Assembly (NCBI GenBank): GCA_050575255.1 | Contig: JBNZDD010013730.1 | Span: 9,022,381 to 9,086,380 of the forward strand | Direction of reading: 5' to 3' | Length of the DNA: 64,000 nucleotides | Origin: Harriotta raleighana | Taxonomy: Eukaryota | Shown: positions 56,495 through 64,000 of the stretch, piece by piece | Numbering within the stretch: the stretch's first letter is position 1 | How the letters are laid out: each line of letters opens with the position of its first letter | Translations under genes and position numbers: made by a program | Notes under the pieces: model-generated | Database searches by the model: none | What the model was told of the DNA's origin: nothing | Seen by the model: the letters and a program-made list of their open reading frames with translations, nothing else

Positions 56495-58283
56495 AGTGCA
56501 CTCCATATTCCAGGCAGATCACCTCATGTGAAGCTCTAGGATCCTGTGTAACACTAGCCCGGGCGAGGTGACTGACCCATTTTAAACTCACATTGTCCCA
56601 CTGACAAGAGACGGGTCATTAATACTGCCAGGCTATTCTTTCCTCAGCTACTGACAGCCAGCTCGCATACTTGGGCAGATCTCTTTCTCTATCTCTCTCT
56701 CTCTGTCTGTCTCCCCCCACCCCCTCTCTCTCTCTCTCTCTGTGTCTCTCTCCCTCTCTGTATCCGCCAAAACATTACGTCCAACTCTCGGGAATCCGCC
56801 AACAGATCCGGTGGGCAGCCAAGAATAAAACATCCAGGCAAAATTTAATTATTGCTATCTACTCGTCCATTTTGCTAGGCTTTGCATCGCGTTATTTGTA
56901 TTTTACTTATCAGCTCTTTCTCTCTCTCTCTCTCTCTCTCTCCGGGTATTATATAAATATATACACACACACCACACACAATGCCAAGGCACGACACCGA
57001 AGAGTAACTAGACAGACGATAACAAGCTATTTTGAGAGGGATCAGAGTTAACTGACTCGAGATTCGACACCTTCGTGTATAATTGCATCGCAGGGCAAAT
57101 CTGTACTGTTACGACACAAGTAAGCAATGCGACTTGTATAGTTATCTGTCAGCCCCCTCTGACTATCTAACTATCTATCCGTCTATCNNNNNNNNNNNNN
57201 NNNNNNNNNNNNNNNNNNNNNNNNNNNNNNNNNNNNNNNNNNNNNNNNNNNNNNNNNNNNNNNNNNNNNNNNNNNNNNNNNNNNNNNNNNNNNNNNNNNN
57301 NNNNNNNNNNNNNNNNNNNNNNNNNNNNNNNNNNNNNNNNTCAACAATACCTGGAGAAAAAATATATTTGTGTAATGAAATTGTATACAATGCTCATTCA
57401 TTACATTAAGACAGTTCTGGCATCATCTACAGACACAAGCCAGTGATAAGATACTGTAGTCATCTCACTTGAATTCATTTTGATGTGGTGTTTTTTGATA
57501 CACCCACAAACACACACCTCATGGGGTTATTTATACCGACTTCATTGTCATTTTCGGGCTCAGTCTGACAATGCTCGGCTATTTATCTTAATTGTTTTTT
57601 TGGGGGGGGTGGGGGGGGAGTGTGTGGGAAAAACATCTATTTGTCTCCTTTGATCCTTTTGCAAAGTGAACGACTTGGGAGCTATTTGTGTCCAGTTATT
57701 AACAGACACAACACAACACAACGCTCTCAGGTTATAACATTGCTCGGCTCGTAAGACTTCAGCACATTGCAGGATTAAATCATTCTTCTCACTTTGGCTC
57801 ACCACAGCAGATTATTCTATACAGTCGCCAATGAACATTTACTGTTTCCCGAGTACAGTATTCATACAGTATTTTTCTTAAGTAAAAAAAAATACATTTG
57901 TTTTCTTTTTTTAAATAAAAACAATCCTTTTAAAACTCAGGGTGAACGCTGCACTGGACGAAAGAAAAACCATTGAAAGTGGACGAGACGATTTCAGTGA
58001 AAGAATACATATTTTGAACTTGATCCAATACTCTTTTTAACTGGCTTTGCACAAGCACGTGCATTTTAAAACTCACCGATGCATTTCCAGGAACATTAAT
58101 AATCTGAAATAAATTATCTTCAATATCACCCAAGGCATAAGACCACCCCCTCCCTCCCCACCCCCACCAGAGTTAGGTTTTCTGAGTCTGTCAAAGTTTA
58201 TGAAAACAATTCAAATTAGACTCTTCGAGAGAAAGTGTATCAGTTGGATATATAAAAACACAGGTTTTTCCTCCCCTAATGTC

Positions 58284-58615
58284 TAATAGTAATCCTTGCA
58301 TTTGATATAGTGCTTTTCAAGTCTTTTAGACGTCTCAAAGTACTTCGCAGAATGTACTTAAAGTGAACTGTGGGACAAACGCAGCAGCCAATTACACCCT
58401 ACAGTGTCCCACGAACAACAAAATTACATTTGTTTAGCGCCTTTCACATTGCGAGCACAAACAGTCATGGATTGAAATGACCAATTCATGAATTTTTTTG
58501 ACGGATTAGGCGTGTGGAGGAAGGAAACTTACCCAAGATTTCGCCCTGCCTGGAATCGAACCCAGGCCTCTTGTTTGTAAAGCAAGTGCTCTAACCACTG
58601 AGCAACAGGACTCCA
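58284..58615 (-). mobile_element. Full-length tRNA-SINE with short internal insert
   Basis: B box ggaatcgaaccc, head ctaaccactgagcaacaggactcc, standard tail. Confidence 0.85.
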
Positions 58616-60329
58616 GACAACTAAACAGTCGGAAGGTATGTTAATCTGTTCAACAGGACATTTATCTGTTTCACAATACAACCAACCACTAGTCGAGTCT
58701 CAGTAGCGTGGGTAACATACACTGGCTTGTGTGAAAGCAAGACTGTGTCTACAAATCCTTAGCTGGGCTCTTACCCTCAGGCTAGTCATCTTATATGAAC
58801 CCTCTTCACAGTTAATGCTCCAACTCTGACAGGTCTGTCCTCTGTAAAGGTGAATATATTGCCATTTATTGATTTGCATTTCCATTTTAATTCTTATGTC
58901 ACGGAGCCCTGTTCTATTGTTAAGTCACTTTTAAGTGAACTCGACTCAACTGCTCTTATTTTATACCTTGCCTCACCATCCGACAAGTCAGGAATGCTGA
59001 CATATCTACTCAAACTATCTGAAACATTTGTACTTCTGCTCTAGCAGATAGGAGATAGCAAGTCCCTTACTTTACCTTTATAACAATAGCGTATTTCCAA
59101 TTCATTAAAATGATCACTCTTGACATTTAACTGGAAACATTATAAATTCTTTAAGCAAGAGTTATTCTGGCAGTGTTTTATAACATTGTAATGACGGGTA
59201 CATTTTAATTGCTTATTTGTACAGGAATTCTCAGCTGGCTTTGTAGAAGTAATATTGACAAGTTAATAATAAACAAATGGACTCTAGTATTTAACAAAAG
59301 TACTGTAGCAAAACAGAGAAGGGGATGCGGAAACAAATCTGAAAATAAATTGTAATTATCTGTTGGTACCAACTAATGCATTTAAATTAGCTTCCTGAGA
59401 AAACAAACACATAGTACAAATTTTTAAAAATATATTTCTTAAATACCTGTTCAGTATAACTACTAAATTTTGCATGCTTTCTGAGTTGTGCTAGAATAAC
59501 ATAAGCCCCACTTACCAACATTTCTTAGACTATGATATATGGATTTCTGGTTGATACCAGAGAAAGGATATCAACCAGAATGCTGGCTACATGTGTACAA
59601 CATTGGATCCCACAGGTGCAAAACCTGTTTTCTTTATCGACCTTGGATGAAAACATAAAATAATAACCATTGCAGAAACTGAAATAAAATATCATTCAAG
59701 ATTTTGGGAGGATACATGTGGTTGTTTGACTGGACTCTGATCTGGTTCCAGTATTTAGTGGCCTGCTAAACTGTGTGCACCATCTCAGGTTGGCCATTAA
59801 TCAGAAGGATGGGAAATTGGAGGTTGGTGATAGGTCTTGCAGAGTCATGTGTTTTTGTGTAGTTTGATAAGAAGACCCTGTTATAAACTGACAGTGAGAG
59901 AGATAAGAAGTCTTTGCAGATAATGGCAGAGAAATGATTAACCTGAGGTGCAGGAGTGAGTGAGATGGTTGTAGGCCTCTAACTCAATAGAAGAGTTTTA
60001 GGTGCAGAGAGAGGGTCAAGAGATCATACTCAGTGGATATGTACCTGACTTAACCCAACTGTAGGCATCTGCAAACTAAGGTCCTGTGACCTAATGTTTT
60101 CATGTCAGTACTACTGAGTCAGTGAATCATAGATTGGGGATAGTTTGATTAGTTTAAATACTCTTGTCATCCATCATGTAACAACTTAACCCTATACTTG
60201 CAGTAACCTTTACTACTACAGTTTTGCAAAGTGATCAGATGAGTTTGGTGTGTAATTTTTGTTATGGTCTGTTTCTTGGTTTGTTTTGCGAAAGGAGCGA
60301 GGGAACAATATGTGTTGCTTAATTGTTGC

Positions 60330-60440
60330 TTGGGACTATCAACCAGCAATACAGCTGCATGACAAAACTTGAAAGAAAATGAAAGGGACTAGCTGGCTCG
60401 ATACTCTTTGATGTTTGATAGTGGTAGTGATATGATAAAA
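60330..60440 (-). promoter_or_regulatory. Candidate distal promoter/enhancer motif cluster (3 GATA, E-box, Nkx-like, TCF/LEF)
   Basis: CTATCA 60336, CAGCTG 60352, ACTTGA 60367, CTTTGAT 60406, TGATAG 60416, TGATAA 60433. Confidence 0.35.
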
Positions 60441-60594
60441 ACAATCTCTTTATAATATTAATGATCCTTGGATTTGATATAGCGCTGCATCTTGATGTCA
60501 AGCAGTGTCATAGCATCTAACATTCAATTATTCAATTTCTGCACAATGTTCCACAAACAGCCATAAGTGATTGACCAAATTTATTTAACAAACG

Positions 60595-60950
60595 ACAACA
60601 AAATTACATTTGTATAGTGCCTTTCATAATGGCAGGAGGATGACCGAAGGCAAGGTCGTAGAAGAGGGTCTTGAGATGCGTCTTGGTGGAGACAGGGCAG
60701 AAGCAAGGTGGAGGGACTGCACAATGGAGTTCCAGAGAGTGGGGGCAGAGTGGCTGAAGGCCAGCCTGCCAATGGTAGAATGGGTGAGGAGGGGGACGTG
60801 AAGCAGGCCGGAACCCACTGAGCATAGGGAGTGAGTAGGTTGGTAGCAGGCTAGGAGATTGCAGAGGTAGGGGGGCATGGGGGAGCAAGGCGATGGAGAC
60901 TTTAGAAAGTTAGAATCAAGGGATTTTGGGGGCAGGACAAAGGGAATCAT
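60595..60950 (-). mobile_element. L2 LINE 3' end nested in an older SINE (60460-61100)
   Basis: ORF PPYLCNLLACYQPTHSLCS...IGRLAFSHSAPTLWNS, and HLKTLFYDLAFGH in another frame; SINE tail to the left, Deu core (ttctcatctgaaggac) to the right. Confidence 0.85.
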
Positions 60951-61354
60951 TACCTTCTCTTTTCAAATAGTGCCATAGGCTGTTTAACAACCACCTGGGT
61001 AGGCCTTCAGGACCTCAGTTTAACTTCTCATCTGAAGGACCTCAACTCTGACACTGCAGCATTCCCTTCAGCACTACATTGGAGTATCAGCCTGGAGTAT
61101 GTTTCCAATTTCAGTCATGTAATTTTAGAGTGTTGCAAAGTGTTGATGGAAGTGGGGAGAGGGATCAACTAATGCTTCTCTTATTCACCTGCAATTCGGT
61201 ATTGGCAGAGGCTTCAATAAGTAAATAACCCTTGCATTTAATATGGATCCTTTCATAGATGGAAGATGTCTCAAAACACTTTGCAGGATACACTATCAAG
61301 TGTAGATACTGTGCATTTTGTAGGTGAACATAATAGATTGTCCATTACCTGCTT

Positions 61355-61658
61355 TGTGGAGCACAGTGGGTAGAGCACTCACCTTACAAGCGAGAGATCT
61401 GGGTTCGCCTCCAAGTAGTGCAAAACCTTGGGCAGGTTTCCTTACTCTATACGCCTGACAATAATTCTTCAAAAAAAACAGTAAAAAAGTGGTCATTTCA
61501 ATCCACGTCTGTTTGTGGAACACTGCTGTGAACAATTGGCTACTGTGTTTCACACAATATATACAGTCAATTTAGTTTACAGTATATTCTGTTATGTGCT
61601 TTGTGACGTCTAGAAGATGCGAAAAGTGCTATATCAAATGCAAAGATTATTATTATTT
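61355..61658 (+). mobile_element. Full-length tRNA-SINE
   Basis: Head cagtgggtagagcactc...gggttcg, core and tail tatcaaatgcaaagattattatt. Confidence 0.85.
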
Positions 61659-62121
61659 TCGACTGGGGCGGCTGCGGAATTGGAATATGAATTATATACC
61701 TTCCAAAAACTGGGCGAGGAAGGAAAAGGTGCTTCTTTCACTCCCTGAATACTATGGCTGAGAATATGTACAGGACTGACTCAGCTCTAGTCTTATTGAT
61801 CTTTGTAACCTCATTCACTAATACCTAGTTGTATATTAAATGGCACTTACAGTTCTATTCCTGTTCTTTGAAGAGAAAATGTACCAATCAATTCTATTTT
61901 AAACAAATCAGTTACAAAGAATCATGCTTCACCTAACTTTTTAAAGCTTTTACTTGTTTATGTAAACATTGCCTTTTTAAAATCAAACTGTTTCATATAA
62001 TTATTATTAACCCCAATATCCTTATGGGATTCTAGATATTTCCATTAATTTCTTTGTGGTTGATGAGGTCATGGGGGAAATATGTTTAGGAAATACTCCT
62101 GAGCCTGGCAGTACCATGGAA

Positions 62122-62225
62122 TTATAATAATAATAATCCATGCATTTAATATAGACATCTTCTAGACATCTCAAAGCGCTTCACAGAGTATACCTTAAAG
62201 TGAATTAACTGTATGTTTGTGGGTG
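62122..62225 (-). mobile_element. SINE 3' tail fragment
   Basis: aataataatccatgcattt...ctcaaagcgcttcacag...aaagtgaatt. Confidence 0.7.
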
Positions 62226-63917
62226 GAATTGCATGAAACAGTACTGTATAAGTGCATACCTAAGATTAAATAAAAAGAAAATGCATGATTGACTTAATTG
62301 CTGGCACTCTCACATGTGGGTCAGAAAGACAAGTTTACTGTGGAAATTTCAAGACGCATTGTCTTGCCCACCACCTTCTCCCATCCCCTTTTATTGTAGT
62401 GATGAGTAAGAATGTGTAGGATGGTATATTGCGAGCTGGGGGAAGAAAGAGCTAAATAAAAATTTAAGTAGAAAATTCTCAGAATAATACTATTACAGTA
62501 TTACTATGATTATTATAAAAAATTTATGTTGGTGTCTGAATGAAAATGATTTGCAGCATTTCAATCGAGATTGTAGTTCAAAGTGACACAAGAGACTTGA
62601 GAAAATAAGTAGTGTGAATTTTCACTCCAAAAATTACTGTAGGATACCACGCTTGGTCTCGTGTGTCTCTCAGTGATCTAGCTCGCTTGCTCTCATATTT
62701 ATGCATGAATCTGCAAACCGTATGCATTGCTTCTTTGGGCCTCTAGATCCAAACAGCGAAACCAATGGACAATGTGTTGTATCTGGAATAATCTTCAGTA
62801 GAGTCAATAATTTTGAGCCTTTGTCAGAGAGCGAACTTTGCCAGAAGCACAGATACCAGGGGAAGGGAATGGGGGATGAAGCCTTTCCATATTTTTAATT
62901 TACCTATCTGTTTCTCCGGTTAGTAATCCATTGTGGAGTCAAACCATACTCACTACATATAAAACTTATAGTAGAAATTGGATAATTGCTGCATTAACAC
63001 TGTTCACCACTGAAATATTTACAGAAGGATAAACAATGTACAGCTAATGAAAATTGAACTGATGTGATTCTTAACGTCATTTCAAGGTATAGGCTAGGTA
63101 GGTGATTGAACATGAAGGGATGCTGTCTCCCTGATGAACTGAGGTAATAACCACCAGCTCATTCATATTCATTACAGCTCTGCATTTGGAGCTGTGCAGT
63201 AACTAGTGTAAAGAAAGATCTCTCAGCCCTTGTTGTTTTAGATAAACAGCTGTAAGCATCCAGAGGTAAGGTGAGAGTAAATCCATAAATTAATGTGCTG
63301 GAGATTTGGGTCAAATCAGATCAATGAATTTAAAGGAATGCTAGAACCCAAATTAGATTACTATAAAACCAACTATTAAAAATAATTGGACTAAATCTTC
63401 AAGCCAAGAATGAAGAAATTATAATGCAATATTATATTGAGAGTTGAAAATGTGGTATTAACATTGGAATTCAAAAAGGATATTAAATACTGTATTCCAT
63501 CACACCAATCCTTGGGAACTATACACTGTGTTTTGCATGTAACTAAACAGTCACAATATTCGGCAAGGATTTTGTGAAGAGTTTTGAAACATACTCAACT
63601 TTATAGGTGTTATATTAAGATGCTACATATTAAAATTCTGTGTTGTCATGCCAGACAGAGTTCCAGTTTCCAGCATGATTCAATATTTGCAAGGATTTTA
63701 TAACAACATTTTATCTACCTTCAATAGACTAAACACAATCAATGGAAGGAATGGGCTTGACATACTAAATGGCCCTAAATTGTTACACACCTTTTACTGT
63801 TACGTGTCTGCAGCTCTCACTTAGTATGTGCTGCTGGTAATCAGAATTTATCAATCTTTGCAGCAATGTGGCACATATGCTTTTCTAATATTTTGTCTCT
63901 GCAACACAATATTTTGT

Positions 63918-64000
63918 CTCCAAAACCCTTGTGCGTGCCTTTGTCACCTATTGGCTGGACTACTCCAATGCCCTCCTCACCGGTCTCCCTTCCGCCACCA
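63918..64000 (+). mobile_element. L2 LINE ORF2 fragment running out of the window
   Basis: Reads KTLVRAFVTYWLDYSNALLTGLPSAT, a characteristic L2 ORF2 motif. Confidence 0.8.

Larger units (their letters stand above)
51480..57150. promoter_or_regulatory. CpG-enriched promoter/5' regulatory domain of NR5A2
   Basis: CpG density is visibly far above the flanks (e.g. 51500-52350, 53400-54300, 55390-55560, 56000-56170); surrounds the 5' exons. Not computed. Confidence 0.6.

Overview
Vertebrate genomic DNA, most likely a cartilaginous fish. The SINE/L2/CR1 repeat complement and the gaps at G/C homopolymers suggest the chimaera Callorhinchus milii, but this is inference. The window holds the 5' part of the nuclear receptor gene NR5A2 (LRH-1/FTF) on the minus strand. 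Four clear coding exons lie at 47762-47863, 46539-46680, 40506-41152 and 2966-3085, all with GT-AG sites, and a 37.4-kb intron separates the last two. The final two LBD exons were not found and probably lie left of the window. The rest is intronic or upstream DNA with many retroposon fragments, microsatellites, a CpG-rich transposon-poor 5' zone (about 46-58 kb) and several assembly artefacts. Four observations stand out. (1) The homolog of the 'MLPKVE...' exon 2 is frameshifted and out of phase with exon 3, so it may have become a uORF-bearing 5'UTR, giving an NR5A1-like start at MEYAYDEDL. (2) A Trp occupies the position of the conserved hinge glycine G398 of the ligand-binding domain. (3) There are candidate endoderm-type promoter and enhancer motif clusters. 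(4) A degenerate Penelope-type hammerhead motif is present. I found no convincing wholly new biological system. Comparisons with other species are from memory and need alignment.
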